Notes: a model not told the origin generated them from the sequence alone. DNA of 64,000 nt from Eledone cirrhosa (GCA_964016885.1 CAXHJY010000955.1:130056-194055), one strand, 5' to 3'; numbered from the stretch's first letter, positions 43,276 to 58,100 are shown. Numbers and translations are program-made.

Positions 43276-46200
43276 ATATAATGGTGTAAAGTTGGGAATA
43301 GAAATATATTGGTGCAAAGTTGGGAATAGAAATATATTGGAGTAAAGTTGGGAATAGAAATATATTTGTGTAAAGTTGGGAATAGAAATATACTGGAGTA
43401 AAGTTGGGAATAGAAATATATTGGTGCAAAGTTGGAATAGAAATATATTGGTGTAAAGTTGGCGATAGAAATATTATGGTGTAAAGTTGGGAATAGAAAT
43501 ATATTGGTGTAAAGTTGGGAACAGAAATATATTGGTGTAAATTTGGAATAGAAATATATTGGTGTAAAGTTGGAATAGAAATATATTGGTGTAAAGTTAG
43601 GAATAGAAATATATTGGAGTAAGGTTGAAATAGAAATATATTGGTGTAAAGTTGGAATAGAAATATATTGGTGTAAATTTGGAATAGAAATATATTGGTG
43701 TAAAGTTGGGAATAGAAATATATTGGTGTAAAGTTGGGAATAGAAATATTTTGGTGTAAAGTTGGGAATAGAAATATACTGGTGTAAAGTTGGCGATAGA
43801 AATATTATGGTGTAAAGTTGGGAATAGAAATATATTGGTGTAAAATTGGAATAGAAATATATAGGTGTAAAGTTGGGAATAGAAATATATTGGTGTAAAG
43901 TTGGGAATAGAAATATATTGGTGTAAAGTTGGAATAGAAATATATTGGTGTAAAGTTAGGAATAGAAATATATTGGAGTAAGGTTGAAATAGAAATATAT
44001 TGGTGTAAAGTTGGAATAGAAATATATTGGTGTAAATTTGGAATAGAAATATATTGGTGTAAAGTTGGGAATAGAAATATATTGGTGTAAAGTTGGGAAT
44101 AGAAATATTTTGGTGTAAAGTTGGGAATAGAAATATACTGGTGTAAAGTTGGCGATAGAAATATTATGGTGTAAAGTTGGGAATAGAAATATATTGGTGT
44201 AAAGTTAGAATAGAAATATATTGGTTTAAAATTGGAATAGAAATATATTGGTGTAAAGTTGGAATAGAAATATATTGGTGTAAAGTTGGAAATAGAAATA
44301 TATTGGTGTAAAGTTGGAATAGAAATATATTGGTGTAAATTTGGGTATAGAAATATATTGGTGTAAAGTTGGAATAGAAATATATGGTGTAAAGTTGGAA
44401 TAGAAATATATTGGTGTAAAGTTAGAATAGAAATATATTGGTTTAAAATTGGGAATAGAAATATATTGGTGAATAGTTGGGAATAGAAATATATCGGTGG
44501 AATGTTGGGAATAGAAATATATTGGTGTAAAGTTGGGTATAGAAATATATTGGTGTAAAGTTGGAATAGAAATATATTGGTGTAAAGTTGGAATAGAAAT
44601 ATATTGGTGTAAAGTTGGTAATAGGAATATATTGGTGTAAAGTTGGAATAGAAATATATTGGTGTAAAGTTAGGAATAGAAATATATTGGAGTAAGGTTG
44701 AAATAGAAATATATTGGTGTAAAGTTGGAATAGAAATATAATGGTGTAAAGTTGGGAATAGAAATATATTGGTGTAAAGTTGGGAATAGAAATATATTGG
44801 TGTAAAGTTGGAATAGAAATATATTGGTGTAAAGTTAGGAATAGAAATATATTGGAGTAAGGTTGAAATAGAAATATATTGGTGTAAAGTTGGAATAGAA
44901 ATATATTGGTGTAAATTTGGAATAGAAATATATTGGTGTAAAGTTGGGAATAGAAATATATTGGTGTAAAGTTGGGAATAGAAATATATTGGTGTAAAGT
45001 TGGGAATAGAAATATTTTGGTGTAAAGTTGGGAATAGAAATATACTGGTGTAAAGTTGGCGATAGAAATATTATGGTGTAAAGTTGGGAATAGAAATATA
45101 TTGGTGTAAAATTGGAATAGAAATATATAGGTGTAAAGTTGGGAATAGAAATATATTGGAGTAAGGTTGGAATAGAAATATATTGGTGTAAAGTTGGAAT
45201 AGAAATATATTGGTGTAAAGTTGGAAATAGAAATATATTGGTGTAAAGTTGGGAATAGAAATATAATGGTGTAAAGTTGGAATAGAAATATATTGGTGTA
45301 AAGTTGGAATAGAAATATATGGTGTAAAGTTGGAATAGAAATACATTGGTGTAAAGATGGAATAGAAATATATTTGTGTAAATTTGGAATAGAAATATAT
45401 TGGTGTAAATTTGGGAATAGAAATATATTGGTGAAAAGTTGAAATAGAAATATATTGGTGTAAAGTTGGAATAGAAATATATTGGTCTAAAGTTGGAAAT
45501 AGAAATATATTGGTGTAAAGTTGGGAATAGAAATATATTGGTGTAAAGTCGGAATAGAAATATATTGGAGTAAGGTTGGAATAGAAATATATTGGTGTAA
45601 AGTTGGGAATAGAAATATAATGGTGTAAAGTTGGAATAGAAATATATTGGTGTAAAGTTGGAATAAAAATATATGGTGTAAAGTTGGAATAGAAATATAT
45701 TGGTGTAAAGTTGGGAATAGAAATATATTGGTGTAAAGTTGGAATAGAAATATATAGGTGTAAAGTTGGAATAGAAATATAATGGTGTAAAGTTGGGAAT
45801 AGAAATATATTGGTGCAAAGTTGGGAATAGAAATATATTGGAGTAAAGTTGGGAATAGAAATATATTGGTGTAAAGTTGGGAATAGAAATATACTGGAGT
45901 AAAGTTGGGAATAGAAATATATTGGTGCAAAGTTGGAATAGAAATATATTGGTGTAAAGTTGGGAATAGAAATATATGGTGTAAAGTTGGAATAGAAATA
46001 CATTGGTGTAAAGATGGAATAGAAATATATTTGTGTAAATTTGGAATAGAAATATATTGGTGTAAATTTGGGAATAGAAATATATTGGTGAAAAGTTGGA
46101 ATAGAAATATATTGGTGTAAAGTTGGGAATAGAAATATATTGGAGTAAGGTTGAAATAGAAATATATTGGTGTAAAGTTGCGAATAGAAATATATTGGTG

Positions 46201-46278
46201 TAAAGTTGGGAATAGAAATATATTGGTGTAAAGTTGGAATAGAAATATATTGGTGTAAAGTTGGAATAGAAATATAAT

Positions 46279-46450
46279 TGTTTCTACTTTAGGCACAAGG
46301 CCAGCAATTACCAGTGCATTACTGGTACTTTATTTTATCGACCCCGTAAGGATGAAAGGCAAAGTCAACCTCGGCGGGATTTGAACTCAGATGGTAAAGG
46401 GACGTAACTATGCTGGAAAGCATGGCGTCCGACCCTCTACCGATACTGCC
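46279..46450 (-). mobile_element. tRNA-derived SINE, copy 3 (identical to copies 1 and 2)
   Basis: Same 172 bp with AATATAAT at 46271-46278 and 46451-46458; 3176 bp from copy 2, inside a tandem block duplication. Confidence 0.88.
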
Positions 46451-46451
46451 A
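46377..46451 (-). promoter_or_regulatory. Putative Pol III A/B boxes of SINE copy 3
   Basis: Same motifs as copy 1 (B 46377-46388, A 46440-46451). Confidence 0.65.
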
Positions 46452-49129
46452 ATATAATGGTGTAAAGTTGGGAATAGAAATATATTGGTGCAAAGTTGGG
46501 AATAGAAATATATTGGAGTAAAGTTGGGAATAGAAATATATTTGTGTAAAGTTGGGAATAGAAATATACTGGAGTAAAGTTGGGAATAGAAATATATTGG
46601 TGCAAAGTTGGAATAGAAATATATTGGTGTAAAGTTGGCGATAGAAATATTATGGTGTAAAGTTGGGAATAGAAATATATTGGTGTAAAGTTGGGAACAG
46701 AAATATATTGGTGTAAATTTGGAATAGAAATATATTGGTGTAAAGTTGGGAATAGAAACATATTGGTGTAAAGTTGGAATAGAAATATATTGGTGTAAAT
46801 TTGGGAATAGAAATATATTGGAGTAAGGTTGGAACTGAAATATATTGGTGTAAAGTTGGAATAGAAATATATTGGAGTAAAGTTGGGAATAGAAATATAT
46901 TGGTGTAAAGTTGGAACAGAAATATATTGGCGTAAAGTTTGAATAGAAATATATTGGTGTAAAGTTGGGAATAGAAATATGTTGGTGTAAAGTTGGAATA
47001 GAAATATATTGGTGTAAAGTTGAGAATAGAAATATATTGGTGTAAAGTCGGAATAGAAATATATTGGTGTAAAGTTGGAATAGAAATATATTGGTCTAAA
47101 GTTGGAAATAGAAATATATTGGTGTAAAGTTGGGAATAGAAATATATTGGTGTAAAGTTGGGAATAGAAATATATTGGTGTAAAATTGGAATAGAAATAT
47201 ATAGGTGTAAAGTTGGGAATAGAAATATATTGGAGTAAGGTTGGAATAGAAATATATTGGTGTAAAGTTGGAATAGAAATATATTGGTGTAAAGTTGGAA
47301 ATAGAAATATAGTGGTGTAAAGTTGGGAATAGAAATATAATGGTGTAAAGTTGGAATAGAAATATATTGGTGTAAAGTTGGAATAGAAATATATGGTGTA
47401 AAGTTGGAATAGAAATACATTGGTGTAAAGATGGAATAGAAATATATTTGTGTAAATTTGGAATAGAAATATATTGGTGTAAAGTTGGAATAGAAATATA
47501 TTGGTGTAAATTTGGGAATAGAAATATATTGGTGAAAAGTTGGAATAGAAATATATTGGTGTAAAGTTGGGAATAGAAATATATTGGAGTAAGCTTGAAA
47601 TAGAAATATATTGGTGTAAAGTTGGGAATAGAAATATATTGGTGTAAAGTTGGGAATAGAAATATATTGGTGTAAAGTTGGAATAGAAATATATTGGTGT
47701 AAAGTTGGAATAGAAATATAATGGTGTAAAGTTGGGAATAGAAATATATTGGTGCAAAGTTGGAATAGAAATATATTGGTGTAAAGTTGGGAATAGAAAT
47801 ATATCGGTGTAAAGTTGGGAATAGAAATATATTGGTGCAAAGTTGAAATAGAAATATATTGGTGTAAAGTTGGAATAGAAATATATTGGTGTAAAGTTGG
47901 AATAGAAATATATTGGTGTAAAGTTGGGAATAGAAATATATTGGTGTAAAGATGGAATAGAAATATATTGGTGTAAATTTGGGAATAGAAATATATTGGA
48001 GTAAGGTTGGAATAGAAATATATTGGTGTAATGTTGGAATAGAAATATATTGGTGTAAAGTTGGAAATAGAAATATATTGGTGTGAAGTTGGGAATAGAA
48101 ATATAATGGTGTAAAGTTGGAATAGAAATATATTGGTGTAAAGTTGGAATAGAAATATATGGTGTAAAGTTGGAATAGAAATACGTTGGTGTAAAGATGG
48201 AATAGAAATATATTTGTGTAAATTTGGAATAGAAATATATTGGTGCAAAGTTGGAATAGAAATATATTGGTGTAAAGTTGGGAATAGAAATATATTGGTG
48301 TAAAGTTGGGAATAGAAATATATTGGTGTAAAGTTGGAATAGAAATATATTGGTATAAAGTTGGAATAGAAATATAATGGTGTAAAGTTGGGAATAGAAA
48401 TATATTGGTGCAAAGTTGGGAATAGAAATATATTGGAGTAAAGTTGGGAATAGAAATATATTGGTGTAAAGTTGGGAATAGAAATATACTGGAGTAAAGT
48501 TGGGAATAGAAATATATTGGTGCAAAGTTGGAATAGAAATATATTGGTGTAAAGTTGGGAATAGAAATATATTGGTGTAAAGTTGGGAATAGAAATATAT
48601 TGGTGCAAAGTTGGAATAGAAATATATTGGTGTAAAGTTGGGAATAGAAATATATTGTAGTAAAGTTGGGAATAGAAATATATTGGTGCAAAGTTGAAAT
48701 CGAAATATATTGGTGTAAAGTTGGAATAGAAATATATTGGTGTAAAGTTGGAATAGAAATATATTGGTGTAAAGTTGGGAATAGAAATATATTGGTGTAA
48801 AGATGGAATAGAAATATATTGGTGTAAAGTTGGGAATAGAAATATATTGGAGTAAGGTTGGAATAGAAATATATTGGTGTAATGTTGGAATAGAAATATA
48901 TTGGTGGAAAGTTGGGAATAGAAATATATTGGTGTAAAGTTGGGAATAGAAATATATTGGTGTAAAGTTGGAATAGAAATATATTGGTGTAAAGTTGGGA
49001 ATAGAAATATACTGGTGTAAAGTTGGGAATAGAAATATTTTGGTGTAAAGTTGGGAATAGAAATATACTGGTGTAAAGTTGGGAATAGAAATATAATGGT
49101 GTAAATTTGGAATAGAAATATATTGGTGT

Positions 49130-52100
49130 AAAGTTGGAATAGAAATATATTGGTGTAATGTTGGAATAGAAATATATTGGTGTAAAGTTGAGAATAGAAA
49201 TATATTGGTGTAAAGTTGGAATAGAAATATATTGGTGTAAAGTCGGAATAGAAATATATTGGTGTAAAGTTGGAATAGAAATATATTGGTCTAAAGTTGG
49301 AAATAGAAATATATTGGTGTAAAGTTGGGAATAGAAATATATTGGTGTAAAGTTGGGAATAGAAATATATTGGTGTAAAATTGGAATAGAAATATATAGG
49401 TGTAAAGTTGGGAATAGAAATATATTGGAGTAAGGTTGGAATAGAAATATATTGGTGTAAAGTTGGAAATAGAAATATATTGGTGTAAAGTTGGGAATAG
49501 AAATATAATGGTGTAAAGTTGGAATAGAAATATATTGGTGTAAAGTTGGAATAAAAATATATGGTGTAAAGTTGGAATAGAAATATATTGGTGTAAAGTT
49601 GGGAATAGAAATATATTGGAGTAAGGTTGAAATAGAAATATATTGGTGTAAAGTTGGGAATAGAAATATATTGGTGTAAAGTTGGGAATAGAAATATATT
49701 GGTGTAAAGTTGGAATAGAAATATATTGGTGTAAAGTTGGAATAGAAATATAATGGTGTAAAGTTGGGAATAGAAATATATTGGTGCAAAGTTGGGAATA
49801 GAAATATATTGGAGTAAAGTTGGGAATAGAAATATATTGGTGTAAAGTTGGGAATAGAAATATACTGGAGTAAAGTTGGGAATAGAAATATATTGGTGCA
49901 AAGTTGGAATAGAAATATATTGGTGTAAAGTTGGCGATAGAAATATTATGGTGTAAAGTTGGGAATAGAAATATATTGGTGTAAAGTTGGGAACAGAAAT
50001 ATCTTGGTGTAAATTTGGAATAGAAATATATTGGTGTAAAGTTGGGAATAGAAATATATTGGTGTAAAGTTGGAATAGAAATATATTGGTGTAAAGTTGG
50101 CGATAGAAATATTATGGTGTAAAGTTGGGAATAGAAATATATTGGTGTAAAGTTGGCGATAGAAATATTATGGTGTAAAGTTGGGAATAGAAATATATTG
50201 GTGTAAAGTTGGGAACAGAAATATCTTGGTGTAAATTTGGAATAGAAATATATTGGTGTAAAGTTGGGAATAGAAATATATTGGTGTAAAGTTGGAATAG
50301 AAATATATTGGTGTAAAGTTGGGAATAGAAGTATATTGGAGTAAGGTTGGAACAGAAATATATTGGTGTAAAGTTGGAATAGAAATATATTGGAGTAAAG
50401 TTGGGAATAGAAATATGTTGGTGTAAAGTTGGAATAGAAATATATTGGTGTAAAGTTGAGAATAGAAATATATTGGTGTAAAGTTGGAATAGAAATATAT
50501 TGGTGTAAAGTCGGAATAGAAATATATTGGTGTAAAGTTGGAATAGAAATATATTGGTCTAAAGTTGGAAATAGAAATATATTGGTGTAAAGTTGGGAAT
50601 AGAAATATAATGGTGTAAAGTTGGGAATAGAAATATATTGGTGTAAAATTGGAATAGAAATATGTAGGTGTAAAGTTGGGAATAGAAATATATTGGAGTA
50701 AGGTTGGAATAGAAATATATTGGTGTAAAGTTGGAATAGAAATATATTGGTGTAAAGTTGGAAATAGAAATATATTGGTGTAAAGTTGGGAATAGAAATA
50801 TAATGGTGTAAAGTTGGAATAGAAATATATTGGTGTAAAGTTGGAATAGAAATATATGGTGTAAAGTTGGAATAGAAATACATTGGTGTAAAGATGGAAT
50901 AGAAATATATTTGTGTAAATTTGGAATAGAAATATATTGGTGTAAATTTGGAATAGAAATATATTGGTGTAAATTTGGGAATAGAAATATTTTGGTGAAA
51001 ATTGGAATAGAAATATATTGGTGTAAAGTTGGGAATAGAAATATATTGGAGTAAGGTTGAAATAGAAATATATTGGTGTAAAGTTGGGAATAGAAATATA
51101 TTGGTGTAAAGTTGGGAATAGAAATATATTGGTGTAAAGTTGGAATAGAAATATATTGGTGTAAAGTTAGAATAGAAATATAATGGTGTAAAGTTGGGAA
51201 TAGAAATATATTGGTGCAAAGTTGGGAATAGAAATATATTGGAGTAAAGTTGGGAATAGAAATATATTGGTGTAAAGTTGGGAATAGAAATATACTGGAG
51301 TAAAGTTGGGAATAAAAATATATTGGTGCAAAGTTGGAATAGAAATATATTGGTGTAAAGTTGGGAATAGAAATATATCGGTGTAAAGTTGGGAATAGAA
51401 ATATATTGGTGCAAAGTTGAAATAGAAATATATTGGTGTAAATTTGGAATAGAAATATATTGGTGTAAAGTTGGAATAGAAATATATTGGTGTAAAGTTG
51501 GGAATAGAAATATATTGGTGTAAAGATGGAATAGAAATATACTGGTGTAAATTTGGGAATAGAAATATATTGGAGTAAGGTTGGAATAGAAATATATTGG
51601 TGTAATGTTGGAATAGAAATATATTGGTGTAAAGTTGGAAATAGAAATATATTGGTGTGAAGTTGGGAATAGAAATATAATGGTGTAAAGTTGGAATAGA
51701 AATATATTGGTGTAAAGTTGGAATAAAAATATATGGTGTAAAGTTGGAATAGAAATACATTGGTGTAAAGATGGAATAGAAATATATTTGTGTAAATTTG
51801 GAATAGAAATATATTGGTGTAAATTTGGGTATAGAAATATATTGGTGTAAAGTTGGAATAGAAATATATTGGTGTAAAGTTGGGAATAGAAATATATTAG
51901 AGTAAGGTTGAAATAGAAATATATTGGTGTAAAGTTGGGAATAGAAATATATTGGTGTAAAGTTGGGAATAGAAATATATTGGTGTAAAGTTGGAATAGA
52001 AATATATTGGTGTAAAGTTGGAATAGAAATATAATGGTGTAAAGTTGGGAATAGAAATATATTGGTGCAAAGTTGGGAATAGAAATATATTGGAGTAAAG

Positions 52101-55100
52101 TTGGGAATAGAAATATATTGGTGTAAAGTTGGGAATAGAAATATACTGGAGTAAAGTTGGGAATAGAAATATATTGGTGCAAAGTTGGAATAGAAATATA
52201 TTGGTGTAAAGTTGGGAATAGAAATATATTGGTGTAAAGTTGGGAATAGAAATATATTGGTGCAAAGTTGGAATAGAAATATATTGGTGTAAAGTTGGGA
52301 ATAGAAATATATCGTAGTAAAGTTGGGAATAGAAATATACTGGTGCAAAGTTAAAATCGAAATATATTGGTGTAAAGTTGGAATAGAAATATATTGGTGT
52401 AAAGTTGGAATAGAAATATATTGGTGTAAAGTTGGGAATAGAAATATATTGGTGTAAAGATGGAATAGAAATATATTGGTGTAAAGTTGGGAATAGAAAT
52501 ATATTGGAGTAAGGTTGGAATAGAAATATATTGGTGTAATGTTGGAATAGAAATATATTGGTGGAAAGTTGGGAATACAAATATATTGGTGTAAAGTTGG
52601 GAATAGAAATATATTGGTGTATAGTTGGAATAGAAATATATTGGTGTAAAGTTGGGAATAGAAATATATTGGTGTAAAGTTGGGAATAGAAATATTTTGG
52701 TGTAAAGTTGGGAATAGAAATATATTGCTGTAAAGTTGGGAATAGAAATATTTTGATGTAAAGTTGGGAATAGAAATATATTGGTGTAAAGTTGGGAATA
52801 GAAATATAATGGTGTAAAGTTGGAATAGAAATATATTGGTGTAAAGTTGGAATAGAAATATATGGTGTAATGTTGGAATAGAAATACATTGGTGTAAAGA
52901 TGGAATAGAAATATATTTGTGTAAATTTGGAATAGAAATATATTGGTGTAAATTTGGGAATAGAAATATATTGGTGAAAAGTTGGAATAGAAATATATTG
53001 GTGTAAAGTTGGGAATAGAAATATACTGGTGTAAAGTTGGGAATAGAAACATATTGGTGTAAAGTTGGGAATAGAAATATATTGGTGTAAAGTTGGGAAT
53101 AGAAATATATTGATGTAAAGTTGGAATAGAAATATATTGGTGTAAAGTTGGATTAGAAATATATTGGAGTAAAGTTGGAATAGAAATATATTGGAGTAAA
53201 GTTGGAATAGAAATATATTGGTGTAAAGTTGGAATAGAAATATATTGGTGTAAAGTTGGGAATAGAAATTTATTGGTGTAAAGTTGGAATAGAAATATAT
53301 TGGTGTAAAGTTGGAACAGAAATATATTGGTGTAAAGTTTGAATAAAAATATATTGGTGTAAAGTTGGGAATAGAAATATGTTGGTGTAAAGTTGGAATA
53401 GAAATATATGGTGTAAAGTGGGAATAGAAATATATTGGTGTAAAGTTGGAATAGAAATATATTGGTGTAAAGTTGGAATAGAAATATATTGGTGTAAAGT
53501 TGAGAATAGAAATATATTGGTGTAAAGTTGGAATAGAAATATATTGGTGTAAAGTTGGTATAGAAATATATTGGTGTAAAGTTGGAATAGAAATAAATGG
53601 TGTAAAGTTGGAATAGAAATATATTGGTGTAAACTTGGAATACAAATATATTGGTGTAAAGTTGGAATAGAAATATATATGTGTAAAGTTGGGAATAGAA
53701 ATATATTGGTGTAAATTTGGGAATAGAAATATATTGGTGTAAAGTTGGAATAGAAATATATTGGAGTAAAGTTGGGAATAGAAATATATTGGTGTAAAGT
53801 TGGAATAGAAATATATTGGTGTAAAGTTGGAATAGAAATATATTGGTGTAAAGTTGGAATAGAAATATATTGGTGTAACGTTGGAATAGAAATATATTGG
53901 TGTAAAGTTGGAATAGAAATATATTGGTGTAAAGTTGCAATAGAAATATATTGGTGTAAATTTGGAAAATAGAAATATATTGGTGTAAAGTTGGGAATAG
54001 AAATACATTGGTGTAAAGTTGGAATAGAAATATATTGGTGTAAAGTTGGAATAGAAATATATTGGTGTAAAGTTGGATTAGAAATATATTGGAGTAAAGT
54101 TGGAATAGAAATATATTGGAGTAAAGTTGGAATAGAAATATATTGGTGTAAAGTTGGGAATAGAAATATATTGTAGTAAAGTTGGAATAGAAATATATTG
54201 TTGTAAAGTGGAATAGAAATATATTGGTGTAAAGTTGGAATAGAAATATATTGGTGTTAATTTGGGAATAGAAATATATTGGTGTAAAGTTGGAATAGAA
54301 ATATATTGGTGTAAAGTTGGATTAGAAATATATTGGAGTAAAGTTGGAATAGAAATATATTGGAGTAACGTTGGAATAGAAATATATTGGTGTAAAGTTG
54401 GAATAGAAATATATTGGTGTAAAGTTGGAATAGAAATATATTGGTGTAAAGTTGGGAATAGAAATATATTGGTGTAAAGTTGGAATAGAAATATATTGGT
54501 GTAAAGTTGGAATAGAAATATATTGGAGTAACGTTGGAATAGAAATATATTGGTGTAAAGTTGGAATAGAAATAAATGATGTAAAGTTGGAATAGAAAAA
54601 TATTGGTGTAAACTTGGAATATAAATATATTGGTGTAAATTTGGAATAGAAATATATTGGTGTAAAGTTGGTATAGAAATATATTGGTGTAAATTTGGAA
54701 TAGAAATAAATGGTGTAAAGTTGGAATAGAAATATATTGGTGTAAACTTGGAATATAAATATATTGGAGTAAAGTTGGTATAGAAATATATATGTGTAAA
54801 GTTGGGAATAGAAATATATTGGTGTAAATTTGGGAATAGAAATATATTGGTGTAAAGTTGGAATAGAAATATATTGGAGTAAAGTTGGGAATAGAAATAT
54901 ATTGGTGTAAAGTTGGAATAGAAATATATTGGTGTAAAGTTGGAATAGAAATATATTGGTGTAAAGTTGGAAATAGAAATATATTGGTGTAAAGTTGGGA
55001 ATAGAAATATATTGGTGTAAAGTTGGAAATAGAAATATATTGGTGTAAAGTTGGAATAGAAATATATTGGTGTAAAGTTGGGAATAGAAATATATTGGTG

Positions 55101-58100
55101 TAAAGTTGGAATAGAAATATATTGGTGTAAAGTTGGAATAGAAATATATTGGTGTAAAGTTGCAATAGAAATATATTGGTGTAAATTTGGAAAATAGAAA
55201 TATATTGGTGTAAAGTTGGGAATAGAAATACATTGGTGTAAAGTTGGAATAGAAATATATTGGTGTAAAGTTGGAATAGAAATATATTGGTGTAAAGTTG
55301 GATTAGAAATATATTGGAGTAAAGTTGGAATAGACATATATTGGAGTAAAGTTGGAATAGAAATATATTGGTGTAAAGTTGGGAATAGAAATATATTGGA
55401 GTAAAGTTGGAATAGAAATATATTGGTGTAATGTTGGAATAGAAATATATTGGTGTAAAGTTGAGAATAGAAATATATTGGTGTAAAGTTGGAATAGAAA
55501 TATATTGGTGTAAAGTCGGAATAGAAATATATTGGTGTAAAGTTGGAATAGAAATATATTGGTCTAAAGTTGGAAATAGAAATATATTGGTGTAAAGTTG
55601 GGAATAGAAATATATTGGTGTAAAGTTGGGAATAGAAATATATTGGTGTAAAATTGGAATAGAAATATATAGGTGTAAAGTTGGGAATAGAAATATATTG
55701 GAGTAAGGTTGGAATAGAAATATATTGGTGTAAAGTTGGAAATAGAAATATATTGGTGTAAAGTTGGGAATAGAAATATAATGGTGTAAAGTTGGAATAG
55801 AAATATATTGGTGTAAAGTTGGAATAAAAATATATGGTGTAAAGTTGGAATAGAAATATATTGGTGTAAAGTTGGGAATAGAAATATATTGGAGTAAGGT
55901 TGAAATAGAAATATATTGGTGTAAAGTTGGGAATAGAAATATATTGGTGTAAAGTTGGGAATAGAAATATATTGGTGTAAAGTTGGAATAGAAATATATT
56001 GGTGTAAAGTTGGAATAGAAATATAATGGTGTAAAGTTGGGAATAGAAATATATTGGTGCAAAGTTGGGAATAGAAATATATTGGAGTAAAGTTGGGAAT
56101 AGAAATATATTGGTGTAAAGTTGGGAATAGAAATATACTGGAGTAAAGTTGGGAATAGAAATATATTGGTGCAAAGTTGGAATAGAAATATATTGGTGTA
56201 AAGTTGGCGATAGAAATATTATGGTGTAAAGTTGGGAATAGAAATATATTGGTGTAAAGTTGGGAACAGAAATATCTTGGTGTAAATTTGGAATAGAAAT
56301 ATATTGGTGTAAAGTTGGGAATAGAAATATATTGGTGTAAAGTTGGAATAGAAATATATTGGTGTAAAGTTGGCGATAGAAATATTATGGTGTAAAGTTG
56401 GGAATAGAAATATATTGGTGTAAAGTTGGCGATAGAAATATTATGGTGTAAAGTTGGGAATAGAAATATATTGGTGTAAAGTTGGGAACAGAAATATCTT
56501 GGTGTAAATTTGGAATAGAAATATATTGGTGTAAAGTTGGGAATAGAAATATATTGGTGTAAAGTTGGAATAGAAATATATTGGTGTAAAGTTGGGAATA
56601 GAAGTATATTGGAGTAAGGTTGGAACAGAAATATATTGGTGTAAAGTTGGAATAGAAATATATTGGAGTAAAGTTGGGAATAGAAATATGTTGGTGTAAA
56701 GTTGGAATAGAAATATATTGGTGTAAAGTTGAGAATAGAAATATATTGGTGTAAAGTTGGAATAGAAATATATTGGTGTAAAGTCGGAATAGAAATATAT
56801 TGGTGTAAAGTTGGAATAGAAATATATTGGTCTAAAGTTGGAAATAGAAATATATTGGTGTAAAGTTGGGAATAGAAATATAATGGTGTAAAGTTGGGAA
56901 TAGAAATATATTGGTGTAAAATTGGAATAGAAATATGTAGGTGTAAAGTTGGGAATAGAAATATATTGGAGTAAGGTTGGAATAGAAATATATTGGTGTA
57001 AAGTTGGAATAGAAATATATTGGTGTAAAGTTGGAAATAGAAATATATTGGTGTAAAGTTGGGAATAGAAATATAATGGTGTAAAGTTGGAATAGAAATA
57101 TATTGGTGTAAAGTTGGAATAGAAATATATGGTGTAAAGTTGGAATAGAAATACATTGGTGTAAAGATGGAATAGAAATATATTTGTGTAAATTTGGAAT
57201 AGAAATATATTGGTGTAAATTTGGAATAGAAATATATTGGTGTAAATTTGGGAATAGAAATATTTTGGTGAAAAGTTGGAATAGAAATATATTGGTGTAA
57301 AGTTGGGAATAGAAATATATTGGAGTAAGGTTGAAATAGAAATATATTGGTGTAAAGTTGGGAATAGAAATATATTGGTGTAAAGTTGGGAATAGAAATA
57401 TATTGGTGTAAAGTTGGAATAGAAATATATTGGTGTAAAGTTAGAATAGAAATATAATGGTGTAAAGTTGGGAATAGAAATATATTGGTGCAAAGTTGGG
57501 AATAGAAATATATTGGAGTAAAGTTGGGAATAGAAATATATTGGTGTAAAGTTGGGAATAGAAATATACTGGAGTAAAGTTGGGAATAAAAATATATTGG
57601 TGCAAAGTTGGAATAGAAATATATTGGTGTAAAGTTGGGAATAGAAATATATCGGTGTAAAGTTGGGAATAGAAATATATTGGTGCAAAGTTGAAATAGA
57701 AATATATTGGTGTAAAGTTGGAATAGAAATATATTGGTGTAAAGTTGGAATAGAAATATATTGGTGTAAAGTTGGGAATAGAAATATATTGGTGTAAAGA
57801 TGGAATAGAAATATACTGGTGTAAATTTGGGAATAGAAATATATTGGAGTAAGGTTGGAATAGAAATATATTGGTGTAATGTTGGAATAGAAATATATTG
57901 GTGTAAAGTTGGAAATAGAAATATATTGGTGTGAAGTTGGGAATAGAAATATAATGGTGTAAAGTAGGAATAGAAATATATTGGTGTAAAGTTGGAATAA
58001 AAATATATGGTGTAAAGTTGGAATAGAAATACATTGGTGTAAAGATGGAATAGAAATATATTTGTGTAAATTTGGAATAGAAATATATTGGTGTAAATTT

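Larger units (their letters stand above)
40370..46745 (+). repeat. Tandem duplication of a 3176-bp unit carrying SINE copies 2 and 3; ends approximate
   Basis: ORF pairs 41659/44835, 41895/45071 and 42311/45487, and the SINE starts 43103/46279, all differ by 3176. Confidence 0.92.
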
